A stretch of 64,000 nt of DNA from positions 5,089,925-5,153,924 of the forward strand of contig OZ316896.1 in assembly GCA_973895155.1 (NCBI GenBank), read 5' to 3'. Shown in pieces: positions 25,623-37,895 of this stretch (within the stretch, counting starts at the first letter, position 1; each line of letters begins with the position of its first letter). The DNA is from Marsupella aquatica. Lineage: Eukaryota; Plantae; Marchantiophyta. The notes beneath the pieces are model-generated. The model was given only the letters and a program-made list of their open reading frames with translations, searched no databases and was not told where the DNA came from. The translations under genes were made by a program, and so were the position numbers.

Positions 25623-28600
25623 TCATAAGCTTTCTCCTGAGTGAAGCTTTCTAGGAGGAAAAAGTCTGTTATTCAGGTTCACAACCCACTTATAGTTTGG
25701 TCTGATCAACCTCATCAGACGAACAACAAAAAGGCCAAGAGCTGTAAAACTTATAGAGCTGCCCACAATGGTTGTAACAACAACGACGGCCTTGTACAGC
25801 CAATGTGATTCTGGCACTATTGCTATGCTTGCTGCGCCAAAGGCACATATCACAAAGGTGATTGATGCAAAAAGAAGGACTACTGAGATTTGCACAACTC
25901 TATTAGCTATGCGGACTTCAAGCTGAAGCCCTTCCCGCGGTATTGTCAAGGAGGGGATGACAGCCAACATGATGGAAGCCATGGCAAGGTAGAATGATAA
26001 ACCATCACAAAATAGAAAAACTTGAACTGCACTGTGATTCACTTGGCTGTAACCAGTTAACCATGTGTCTGCACTTGTTGATAATCCAAGGGGAGGTTGT
26101 AGAGGTCCTACAAACGATGCTGTTGCCACCAATGCGGCAGTCACAGAGACCGCAGTTGAAGCAGCCACAAGATTCTCCTTAGTTTCTTGAGTTTGTCTAG
26201 CCATTTTATCATACCACCATCGCGTGAGCTCATCTGGTGCTGAAGTTCTCAGCTGAGGGGTTTGTCCTCTGTCACTTTTTTGGTCCATGTCAAGGCCTGC
26301 TTGCATCAATAATTCAATGGAACCTATTAACGTGCCCAAGGAATTTTTTTTCTGACCACCGTCAAAAGTGCCAGATTGCATGAACTTACAGAATTTCACC
26401 ATATCTCCTCCAAAAAAACTATTTGTCACCTGCAATCCTACTTCTGCCCACTCCGCCACATAGTGAAGAGCTGTGCTGCCATCAATGGCATGCGTCGCAA
26501 AAGGATCAATCCTTCCACTGTCCAATAAAGTTTTGACAGCAAGAGGATTGCCACTGTGAACGGCAAGATGAAGTGCAGGGGGTCCACTCAACAGTCTGTC
26601 TATTTCATAACTTGATAGCGGGCGATGCAGGGGAGGGCGATTTATCAATTCGCTATCCCAGAGCTTGCCATCCTATCACAACCAACATTTGCAACTTACA
26701 ATGCTGGAGGACCCAAACCCTAGTGTATTTTTCATCAAACTTTTGAAAGATAATTTGAGGAATAGACTCCAATTTTTACATTCTCATAAACTTGCATTTC
26801 TTGTTTAAACTTTAAGCAAATCAACCATAAGTTAGTAGGGCCAAAACATTTTGTATCTAGTACTCGTGCCACACTTTTGGCTCCTTTTATGGGCTCGAGA
26901 CAAGAAACACTTCGAAGTTCAAAGAAAATTCTACAAGTTAGAACTCAGATCCTTCCTAAGGAAGCAAAACACCTCAAACTTTCAACCAAGCTCAAACTCT
27001 CAACACTACTCAACTAAGCAGTTCAAATTGTACTTGCACGGTACCTTGAGCATAGCTTGCAAAATCTGTACGCGCCTACCTTGAGCATAGCTTGCAAAAT
27101 CTGTACGCGCCCTAGAATTGCTGCTAGTTGGAATGCTCCATTCACCTTGCCGTAACCTGAGATCTCCCCGTCAGCCCGCCCCTTTGTCAAGTTAAGTTCA
27201 GCAGGTTGATTTATCTTACATCCTTTCTCCATGAGGACCTTCACGCAGTCGATTTCATTATGTATCACTGCCAGATGTAGTGCGGTTAATTTACTTTTAC
27301 TAAAACGGGCATCCACGAGATCCTTGAATCCATCGATTTCAGCCAGTTGCTTCACCTGATCCGCTCTTCCGTTAGCTACAGCTACATGCAAAATGTTCAT
27401 GCCCGCTGAGTCACGTACATCTAGAATACTCCGATCTGTGACCGAAGAAGATTCTGTCATCACATGGATGAAATCTGCAAAAGCGGACAACCAGCCGTCG
27501 AAGTCGCGGTCGAACTTTGAGAAAGCGATGTGCACCGGCGTCTCGCCATTATGGTCCGTGAGGTTCAGAAGACGAGTCGTGTAATCAGGCCCTAACTTTT
27601 CGCACACCTTTTTCAAAACACTTAACGCTGGACGGAGATGTTCTGCGAAGAGTACGAAAAATCTTGTGAAGTCGTTAGCTTTGAATTTTGCGCTATCTAG
27701 GAACTGCGCTGCAAGGAAATGAAGCACAAATAAGTTGTCGTCATCGCCCAATGAAATTCCAAATGGTGTGCCCCACCAAAGACCGGATTCAGAATAGTTT
27801 GTCCGTTGCAACTTATGAGTCCCCCATTGAAACAACTCCTCCCGCACTGTCTTCCCGACAGCCCCAATCGTTCTCTCGGCCAAAGAATCACCTTGGAGAA
27901 AAGCTTCAAAGTTCTCGCTCATGATGGGTACCAACGCATCAAGTAAATCCTGCTTTCTGGCCTGCTCTTGCGCCTGCTTTTTAGCCTGCTCTTCGGCCCA
28001 TCGTCGTTGTTGAGGAATCCCGTCAAGACTTGGAAACACCCCCACCCCCTCCTGTGTTGCTGTTCCTAGCAAATGTCCAATACCACCGTGCATGACAGAA
28101 CCAAGCTTTGAGGGGCTTACCAAGAAATCCTCATTCAAGGCATCGTCGGATAAAGTCACCTTGAACGGGTCTAATATTTCAGGAGGGGCTATTTCTAACA
28201 TCTTTGCGACAAGGTGCTCGGAATTTACAATGATGGCCAATTGAAAAATACTGCTCACACGACCTAACACAAAATCCCGTCGAAATTCGCCCCAAGCAAA
28301 AGTTTTTAGCATCAATTGACGGTTGTCCCTGATCATATTAATCATCCCCTCTATATCCCAAATTTGTACAAGACGTTTGAACTCTGTCTTTTGTACGTCT
28401 GTAACTCCGGTGTTACCCGCTTCTATTTCAATGACTCCAGTGTTACCCGTGTTACCCGCTTGTTCCGCGTTCCTCAAGCTGGTCTCTATTTGTCTCAAGG
28501 TGGTATCCATTTGACCAAGGTACTTTAGTATACCAGCAAAAGACTGTTTAAGCTCAGTGACAGATGCATCTTCACATTGAGTCATTGCATGCCCAGGTGC

Positions 28601-28645
28601 GGGTACCGGCTCCTGAACCACGGCCCCTGCCAAGCTATCATCCAT
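25623..28645 (-). CDS. Ankyrin-repeat + PGG-like 4-TM membrane protein (ACD6/ITN1-like), copy B; exons 28645-27080 and 26672-25623, ~871 aa
   Basis: Paralog of copy A with the same motifs and the same intron position. In frame if the donor at 27079 is used. Confidence 0.85.
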
Positions 28646-30029
28646 TGATAGCCTCGTGATCTTCTGCAACGGGAAAGCGTGAGCAACTGTCTTTCTTATG
28701 TTCACTGCATTATGGCGGCTAGTAACACGTCGGCACTGCTTAAAAGCTTCTGCTGCAATTTCAGAGCCATGGAGGAGTAAATTATTGAGAGAAAAAAAGC
28801 TGCAAAATACCGAATCAGTCAAGTACCCTTAGAAAGTAATGACTGGTTTTCTAGTCTGAGCACTGTTTCAGCCTTGTTCCTTGCACTCACAACCCTTTAC
28901 TAGTTCTCACAGTCGTACTCTCCATATGGGCCTGATCCTGACAAGAAAGCTCTAAGAAGTCACGTTCCAATAGACGGCCGAATCACTTACATGATAGCAG
29001 GACCTTCAGTTCGAGCCCAGAACCAAATAGTTTGCAAACGTCCTCCTTGTCCCCGTCATAATCTTGTGCCTTGAGGAAAAGGCCAACACCCTGCGAATGG
29101 AGTAATCGATTAAGTACTTCTAAAAAGGAATATGGGTCCTCAAACCAGCATGAACACGAGCAAAGCACAGACATTCACGACAAACCTTTGTCAAGAGTGA
29201 CATGGAAAGCATCACAAACCATTACAAAACCCAAAGCATCCAAGGGTTTAGATTCCAGTCGTTATGATGAAAACAGCATTACCATCTATGGATACTTCGG
29301 CGGTTTTGACTGGGCAGGCGCTTAGAGTTGCAAGCAGCTCGGCTCCGTTGTCGATTTGATCCCAAATGGACAACAGATGACACACTAGCTAGAGAGCAAA
29401 TTGGCTGCACCAAGTTTTGATGGCAGCTAAGCCCTGTGCCTTGAGTTGCAAGCAGCTCGGCTCCGTAAAGAAATCCTAAATGCGCAGCGGATGACACAGT
29501 AGAGAGCAAACTGGCTGCACCAAGTAAAGGAAAGTGGTCGTGAGCGTACTTAATATACCGTTTTCATGGCAGCTACGCCTACCTCCATCTCGATATCGCT
29601 CCATGCCAAATCTGATCTGGAGTCCTTATGGTCGGAAACAAGTTGTAGAGTCGCCCTCCTTAGAGAAATCTGGCAGTTTTGGTTGTTTCGTAGAGGAAAC
29701 TGCCTTCCCAATCCGCGCAAATGGGAGTTCATCTTCACCAAAATGGCAAAATGGAGAATGTGCAGGACTCTCTACTTGTAGTGGTTGCTCCCCCGGACAG
29801 CGAGAATTGTGGTTTTCGACGGCCTACCTATTCTCAGGGCCACCTCTCAGATTGAAGTTGCTTGCATGCTTGTGGACTAAACTTCTGGTAGATTCTAAGT
29901 TATCGACAAAGGATGGTCGAATTGATCGAAGTGTACACAGGCTTGCGAAGGTCCTCCACTCTACGGATACTCCGGTCTGTAGTCATTCGAGACAATTATG
30001 AACATCTGCACACTAGACTCAGGTTCCAA

Positions 30030-31850
30030 TCTTATCTTATTAAAGCAAAATACTTGATGGGGCCCCTCAAGCTAAAGATATTCCTGCCTACCCCTAACTT
30101 TTCAAATATACTTAATGGCCCCTTGTCCCTGGAATCTTTCTCAGCATCTGTCATATTATTTTTTTCCATTTTTTAATTGTAGCATAGTGTACAACTATCT
30201 ACTTCACTTCAGTCCACCAGATGTACTGTCTAGAAGCAATTCAGTGTACTCTGGTTTGAAAATAAGTATATATTAACTTATGTACTAAGTATTTAGCCCT
30301 TCTCACTCCTATATTCATTTGTTTCATGTTTTGAAATACTTTTGCAAGGGAAGTAGGACTTAAGGTACTGAATTTTTGCTCTCTGACTTTACTTTATTTC
30401 TCTCAGTTTTTTGGAATTACTCATACCTGAAAGTATTTCTCCAAAGCATAGTCTTACCTGAACTTTAGTAAGGTGAACCAATGGTTTTGGGTGCTATCCG
30501 GGTGCTATTTGGGTGCTATTTTTTTTAAGTTGTTTTTTGCAAATAAATCATGTTGGACTTAAACAATTCTTTGATACTATTTTTCCAAAAACATTTTTGG
30601 AAATATTCACCTTAGACGTGAGCATTTCCTTGGTGTCATTTCTGTGATATTGTTTTTTTAGATGTGAGCACCTAGGTAGAGTATTTCACTTTGCATGTCA
30701 CACCCTGTGACCACCAGTCCAATCTGTAAAACCTATGAAGACATTGACAAGTTCAGTATGCTGCTGCACTCCTAAATCCTGCCTAAGTAATTCAGTTCTG
30801 CAAAACCATCACAGTCAACCAAATGTTAGTCTACAGGGTACTATCAAAGAGACACATACCCTCAACCCTGGAATTCATAAATCCAACGTAGTGAATGAAA
30901 TCTCTAATCACCTGGAATTCATAAATCCAACGTAGTGAATGAAATCTCTAATCACCTGTGAAAGGTAAAGCATAGTTGAGATTGTACTTTGTTGTGATTC
31001 TTCTTTTGTGGCCAACACATTGGCTGCACCCTGGTTTGCCAATTCAAGAAAACATTGAGCTTGCAATGCGTTAGTCCATGGAATCATCATTTAGGTCCCA
31101 GTAGCCACCATTGTCATCTCCACAGTCCCTTCTGCAATCTGATTGGTCCTCACAAGCCTCAGTCAGGGTGGTCTGCTTTAACCCTGCTGCAAGACCTCCG
31201 GACAGTGGCTCCAAAACTACAAGCATGAACATGAAACATGTATTTTGTTTTCAACCGGGCAGAAGCCCTCCCATGTAATTTAAAATGAATATGAGAGTGA
31301 CAGGGGCTAAATATTTTTTACATACATTATATACGTATTTTAAACAAGAGTACACTGAAAATTGCTTCTGGATAGTACATCTGGTGGACTGACATAGATA
31401 ATTGTACAGTATGTTACAATTAAAAAATGGAAAAAATAATATGACAGGTCCTGAGAAAGGGTTACACAGACAAGGGTCCCCATCAAGTATTTTGCTCTAT
31501 CTTATTATAAAAACGCGAACTGAAATCTGCTCTAAAATCTACTCTAAAGGGCCAAGGTCTAGGGTGAAACCTCTAGAGTCTAGACCAGCCTCTAGAGTGA
31601 CCTTAACTCCCAACACAGACAAAAAGTGATAATGAAGGTCAAAAATTTTAAATGAGGATGAACAAAAGTAACATTGATTCTAAATAAAGATAAAACTGAA
31701 ATGAGGATGACAAAAAACAAGGATAAGGCAAAGACTAACCAAAATAATATATAAATTTTATTATGCAAAATTTTTCTTCATATCTATATACCTTTAAGGA
31801 AGGGGTCACGTGGCTACTATTTACCTTCAAGGAACGGGTCATGTGGCTAG
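30030..31850 (+). mobile_element. Non-autonomous Helitron-like element with a nested MULE
   Basis: 5' TC, 3' CTAG, inserted between A and T with no TSD. The paralogous empty site is at ~13941-13965 (ttccaataaaattacagaatttgca). A related copy at ~63585-63841 also ends in CTAG|T. Confidence 0.75.
30043..31497. mobile_element. Non-autonomous Mutator-like (MULE) TIR element
   Basis: TIRs (a/g)agcaaaatacttgatgggg(c/a)ccct at both ends, and a 10-bp TSD TATCTTATTA at 30033-30042 and 31498-31507. Confidence 0.8.
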
Positions 31851-31869
31851 TATTACAGAATTTGCAATG

Positions 31870-33795
31870 ACAATGGTGGACAACAGCAGGGTCTAGGGGT
31901 GCAGCGACGACCGAATGGAAGAAACAGCGGAGCCTGCGGGCTATGGAAGTCACGATCCGATCACATGAATCTGTGGAGCTGACAAGAGTAATTAAAGCAA
32001 ATGGCAGTCGATCTTCAAACGCAGGAATCAGAGGCATTATTAGAAATTTCAATCAAGATTGATCGAAGCCATCAAACGAACACGACATGGCAAAACCGAG
32101 TTCAAGCAAAAAAGCACAGCAAACACATGCAGGGTCAGAGGTCACGTATGACAATCAGCAATGGGACGATGAAGTGCATCAGGACTGGTATGATCGAGCG
32201 CACATCCTAAGAGAGCAGCGAGAATCTGAGGCAACAGAACAACAGCGGCGATTTCCAAGCTCTAGTCGCGCAATGGACATAGAAATGGAGAAGATAGACG
32301 TGCAGCAAAATGTGGCGCCTCGTTTGCCTGTGCAGACACATCCGTTGAAGGCGATGCGGAACCGTGCATGCAACGCGACCTGTTCCCAACACTCAATCAA
32401 ACACATACAACTCCCTACTCTGAGCAGCATGGCAAAGAATCAAGACAAAGCGAAGTAGGGCAGAAATCAAGAATCAATCACGGAAACTTGGAGAAGCCGG
32501 GTCACACCATTGTGATCGAATCGCCCAAGCGGAGCAGCCAAGGCAAACAATCAACGAGCAATCTGCCGCAAAGAGAAGTCACTCAAGGCCAGACACATCA
32601 ACCCGATTCGAGGAATGGGATGCAACAAATCCAACAAGAACAAGGCAAGACTATCGGGACATATGCTGCCAAAGCAGCTACTGGAAAAACTTATAAGCAC
32701 ACAGCTCACACCATATTCAATACAGCACAAAGCACATCAGCAACTGCGGCTCCAGCAAATCCCTACGAAGATAATAACTTTGATCCTAAGGCAGGCAAAG
32801 CAATTTCTGATGGAGAGCTAATTGCTGCTCTCAATCATCTTCCTGCACCACCAGACAAACCAGCAGCAGGTATGCGTCCCGGTATGCATGCGGTACGATT
32901 CGAAGGAAACCCAACAACCATCAAAACCAGAGTGCTACATCTCCAAGAAAGGGGTATTATAATGTACACAGTTGACTTCAATCCTTCTAGAGATCACTTT
33001 GAAGCTTGGATAGATGATGTGCTAGTGCTGAATATGAACATCAATGTAGAGCAAGTCCAGGTAATTTACACGCTGAACATTTTTGCTTGTAGCCTTGTCC
33101 ACCCATACGGAGCAAAATCAGATCGATCCTTGTTGAAGTCCCGTTCCACATGGGGAATAAGCTTGTCATGGCAATGCCATGGGCTGCTGATTTTGATGCC
33201 CAGACCATGCGCAGATCACATTCAAGCACCAGTGTGGATCGACCTATCTATGGTGCATCCATCTATGGAGACTTATGCCAACGAACTTTTGGCCTCTGTA
33301 GGCTGAGTTGTCTACATTGCCATTACTAACCCTCAGCAGATTTCCACACATCCGTGGATGTGTGCATGCTCATCGACTTAAACTAGGATCTAGTCGAATA
33401 TATTATCTTTTGCTTACTAGGAATCAGAGATTTTAAGATAGCAGTAGAGTACAGATCACAAGACAGATCATTGCCATATGCTTGCTTCGTTTGCAGGAAA
33501 AGAGGGCATCAAGCGAGATACTGCCCCACAAAGAAGAAAGCTACCACAACTGAAAAAAGCACTGAAGCAGAACTACATTCGACCTCAGAATCAGCCAACC
33601 CAAGGACTGGCTAGGACAGAGCTCCAACGGGAGACGACATTGGATTCACGAACGTGAAAAACAAAGCAAAGGGGCCCAGAGGAGACCGGGCAGACACCAC
33701 ACAAGCAGCACCCACTTCCACAACAAGCAACCCATTCAAGGCCCTAATGGAAGTGACAGACCAGGCGGAAGAAACACGATTTTGGACCGACCGAG
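31870..33795 (+). mobile_element. Degenerate non-LTR (L1-type LINE) ORF1 fragment
   Basis: ORF 32368-33306 with APVWIDL and a downstream zinc knuckle LPYACFVCRKRGHQARYCP (~33470-33530), typical of plant LINE ORF1. Disrupted. Confidence 0.65.
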
Positions 33796-33945
33796 AAGTG
33801 TGACACACTTCTTGTTTAGCCCAATTCGGGAGCCCAACACCTCCAAGTTCCATGTGACGGAACTCCGTGAAATCAACCGACACTAACCGTTGGAAAAATC
33901 GTCACGAAAAAACCTATCGTCACCTTAGCGTCACCTCCCAAGATT

Positions 33946-34837
33946 GCTCTGATACCAATTGTTGAATTTATGACGTCTTCCTTCATGACGATACGATCAT
34001 GACTCATCACATGCACACATAGTCGACACAATCCATACGTGGTTCACCTCTTCTCCAAGGCTACGTCCACACGAACACAACAACTTTACTTCAGAGTAGT
34101 CGAACACACAAGCTCTCTCTCTTTCTCAAGTTGTTTCGTTACAATGATCGAGCAAGCACTACATGCCAGCGGCTTACACTAGCCCTGGTATATGCAAAGT
34201 CACACACGTACGACTAACCTAACCTCAGCTAAGTCCCTAACTGAGATTAACCTAATTGTCGTAAGCTTTGAGTCACAAGACTAAAAGCAATCCTTAACAA
34301 CCCACACAAGAATCTCTTCTCATGCACTATGGGAAGAGTAAATAAGGAGGCATGTAAGAAATAGAGGGAATGGAAAATCACCTCAAAAACACCAAACAGG
34401 GATGCATGTAAGCAATGACTTAAATAGTTGTAACACCATTTAATTACATTGCCACTAAATATATTCCATGCAATTAATTTACAATATTCATTATTTTTGT
34501 CCATGATCTGTAGGACTCCAAGGGATATATGTGACCAATTATTGGATTCCATCAAATGAGCAACAATCATTACCTGAAGTGTTGTACATACCAACCGGCA
34601 TAGCTTCACACTCATCACATCATAGTCACATTACACAAGACTCTACTACTACTAGTGCAGAAAGATTCAACCTGGAAGAATAAGTACTCAATCTCTATTC
34701 TCCATACTATAGTCCATTCCTTGGCACAACACATGACTACCTGAGTGAATGGGTCACCCCTACCATGTGATATATGCTATGACAAGTCATCCCCCCAAAT
34801 TCACACATAATAAAACAACTAAACAGAGTTGCCAACA
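33946..34837 (-). mobile_element. LTR (33960-34837, 878 bp) plus tRNA-iMet PBS of a truncated LTR retrotransposon
   Basis: TGTTG...CAACA termini. GCTCTGATACCA at 33946-33957 is the reverse complement of the canonical PBS TGGTATCAGAGC, 2 nt from the LTR end. Confidence 0.8.
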
Positions 34838-34935
34838 ATCATAGGATAACCAGCGCATCCACAAAGTCCGCCCCCATCGTCACGCGGGACTGATACGGCG
34901 ATTTGGGTACTGTCCTAACTGCTGCCGCCATCTCC

Positions 34936-35319
34936 TCACCCAGTGATAGCTTGAGCAATAGTTGTGCTTACAAACCAACGGACTATAGCTATGGCAACAC
35001 TTGTGTATCCAGTACCCCAACCCCCTCCACTTCCACCGGTGGAGGGGGTGGACGTGGCGGTCGGGGTTCCATGGCCCCAACCAGCCAGAGCTCCAACAAT
35101 GCCTCCGCCACCACTGCCCCAACCAGCCATAGCTCGAGCACCACCTCTATCTCCTCGTCCTTGACCTCTTCTCGTTTTTTTTCTTTGAAAGCTAAAAATT
35201 CCCGGACTTTTTCTCGTTCGTTTGCTTTGAAAGAGCGAAGTTCCTCGTCTTCTTCTCTTTCCTTTGCTTTGAAAGATTGAAGCGCAGCCAGACGATGGCT
35301 TGCTAGAAAAACCCCCCAT
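34936..35319 (-). CDS. Gly-rich, polybasic small protein (127 aa) with N-terminal MGGFSSKPSSGC (family copy 3)
   Basis: Same ACAGGATGGGG start context, three FQ(S/R)K-basic repeats, and an AMAGW-Gly tail shared with copy 4. Confidence 0.55.
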   Translation of the reverse strand: MGGFSSKPSSGCASIFQSKGKRRRRGTSLFQSKRTRKSPGIFSFQRKKTRRGQGRGDRGGARAMAGWGSGGGGIVGALAGWGHGTPTATSTPSTGGSGGGWGTGYTSVAIAIVRWFVSTTIAQAITG

Positions 35320-35344
35320 CCTGTAAATTTCTCGATGCCGAAAC

Positions 35345-35820
35345 GGTCGAGCAAAACCTTCTGGCGTCCTCCCAAGTTCAAAGCCGACTGGACTTCCCTC
35401 TTTGCACTCGAACAATTCCGCTTTGGTGAGATGTATTCCGGGTACGTGTGCTCTCACGGACAATCCTTAGCACCAGCTTACTGTCGTTCCGCACCAAATG
35501 CGGCCCTCGGTCGAGCAAACCCTTCGTGTATCCTTCTCCCACGTTTAAAAGCCGAGAGAACTCCCCAATTTGCACTTCGAACAATTGCGCTAAGTGTTAC
35601 GATGTATTCCAGGTACGTGACTTTGCTCTCAAGGACAGAATTTAGCACCAGCTAGTTGTTCCGCGCTAAATGCGGCCCTCGCTCGAGCAAAACCTTCTTG
35701 CGTCCTCCCACGTTCAAAGCCGACAGAACTTCCCAATTTGCACTTTCATTGAACAATCACTTTTGTTGACGTGTATTCCAGGTACGAGTGCTCTCACGGA
35801 CAATCCTTAGTACCAGCTAA
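35345..35820 (-). repeat. ~180-bp tandem repeats (about 3 units) immediately upstream of microprotein copy 3
   Basis: Recurrent aaagccga..gaact.cccaatttgcact..gaacaa ... tgtattcc(a/g)ggtacg.g.. ctctca.ggaca ... ttag(c/t)accagct. Related sequence lies upstream of copies 1, 2 and 4. Confidence 0.7.
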
Positions 35821-37895
35821 CTATGCTTTTCAGATTGCTTCCCTTTCAGGAGGCGTTTGCGAGCCATACTTTAGTAACGAAGAGGTACCAAGAAAGAAAA
35901 GATCCCGTCTGCAAATGACCGTCCTAGTTTTCCTCCGGGAGAGCTATGTGTTTCGAGAATTTCTTTGATACTAGCCCAATTCCGATATTGGATCTACACG
36001 CATGTCTAGCAGGCCATCAGTGACATTTCGTGGCAAAAGCTCCTTGCCGTGTCGACTTACTACAGCACGGATTGAGATTGAGCAAGGATCCACGACGACG
36101 ACACAATGCCCCGCGCTGTGTCATCTGGAGTTGATTCTGACGCCTCGCTGTTTTCACTAGTTTTTGACTCGGTTCATACGCGCCTCAATGTTTTCACTAG
36201 TTTTTGAAAGTTGTTGACATCAACGGAAGGTCAGCACTCGGCGTTGTTGGATCGGTCTATGCTTTACTTAATCCATTACGACGAAGGCTAGCAATTATTT
36301 ACTCGTTTCAGATCACAACCCAAGATAGCGACCGAAACCCGAACACTAGCCCGAAGCTACTTGCATGTTCATCTTATGAGCGGGATTATAAGTCTTGGGG
36401 TATCGGGAGTATATTAGCTCTAGCCTGAGCATATTCTGTCAACAGTTCGTTTCGTGCAGATAGATTCCCTGGAAACCATCGCTCACCTAGCTAGTGTGGA
36501 AGTTTTCACTGTGTGAAACTTGATTAATCGGGAGCGCAGAGGCTCATTATATACAGCTTAAGTGAGGGCGCAAGTAGGCGCCAGCGGCAAGCAGCCACAG
36601 GGATAATCCCGGGATCAGACTAACTAATTATAGTTAGGACTGTGCTAAGTGTGGCGCAGTCAGACTGATCCAGAAACGGATCTAGGGAAGACTGCCTACC
36701 GACTACTGCAGCGAGTCCGAGACAGCCAGTAGAGTAACAACTCCCGACAATGAGCCAAAGGGAGTCAGCAACGGACAGGACTGACAAATTCCAACAGCTA
36801 GAAGTCGCCAAACTGTTGACAATCTCCAAACTCTTTGTTCAGGTGTCGACTGTTTCTAATGCCCCACCACGTATAGTGAGAAGGAAAAATTGTCCTAGGT
36901 GTTTACTCTTCCTTCCTTGTGACATGCTTTTCGAGCTTGTTGGGAAATAGAATGCGAACCAAAGCAGGCTGTGGGACAAAATCTTGCTCTACAGTCAGAA
37001 TAGCCAGAAAGCTCAACAGATGTCCTCCGACAAAAGTATTTGCCTAAATGGATACCCTTCTTTACTGTGCTCGGTCTGGACTTTTACAATTTTCGAGGTG
37101 TTTCTCCTTCGGGAAGCTGTCTTGGTTGGTCGTAAGAGACATCTACAGGAGGGTTTATTTCGCTGACCAGACGATCGTTTCTCGCTCTTCGTGCTTTTTG
37201 GTTCGAGGAGCCATCCCGTGGAGGTGCTGGTGTAGCTACACGTGACTAGTCCAACCGTCTCTACTTATGGTGGCTGATTCGAAAGCTGAGGATATCAATA
37301 CTGGCGCAGCTTCCTATTAACTTCGTCAGGTTGCCAAATCCCCAGGCAAGGCTCTACGATGGAGTGCAGACTACTTCAAATTCTTAAAATGCCAAGCATT
37401 CCAAGGCCTTGTGATTGAGGACGAATCTCGGAAGAAAACAGATTCGCTTGGTCCAGATAAAGGTACGGAACAAGCAAATTTCTGTGTTTGCAGCACGTGT
37501 CCATGCCATCAAGTCTCATTGTCTTTGGGATTTTGTTAAGGGCAAGTTAAAATTCCCGTGAGCAGCAAGCATGGAAATCTTGGGATCCTTCATAAAAGAA
37601 CCTCATATAATTACAGATTCAAGCAGGTGTAGTCACTCCGTGCTGAGATTGCATACTCGGGAGAAAATCAAAGAACTTTCAAAAGTGATATCATTTTGTC
37701 TTCTGAACCGATAACTTTACCTACGCTTTCACGTCCACAATTGAAGACCAATTGAGCTAAGTGCTATAGCTAACCTTGCAAATGTAAACTGACTCTTGGC
37801 TTGCGATTAATTACCGACTTAAAACATTTCCGTTGGCCTCAGCTGCGTCTATTGGATCGTTTGATCAGCAAAGCAATTTTAACAAGTATTCATTC

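Larger units (their letters stand above)
23330..31870 (+). repeat. Segmental duplication unit B containing ANK-TM gene B, interrupted near its end by a Helitron/MULE insertion
   Basis: Colinear with 6700-13968. Homology resumes at 31851 (attacagaatttgca) after the insertion. Confidence 0.85.
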
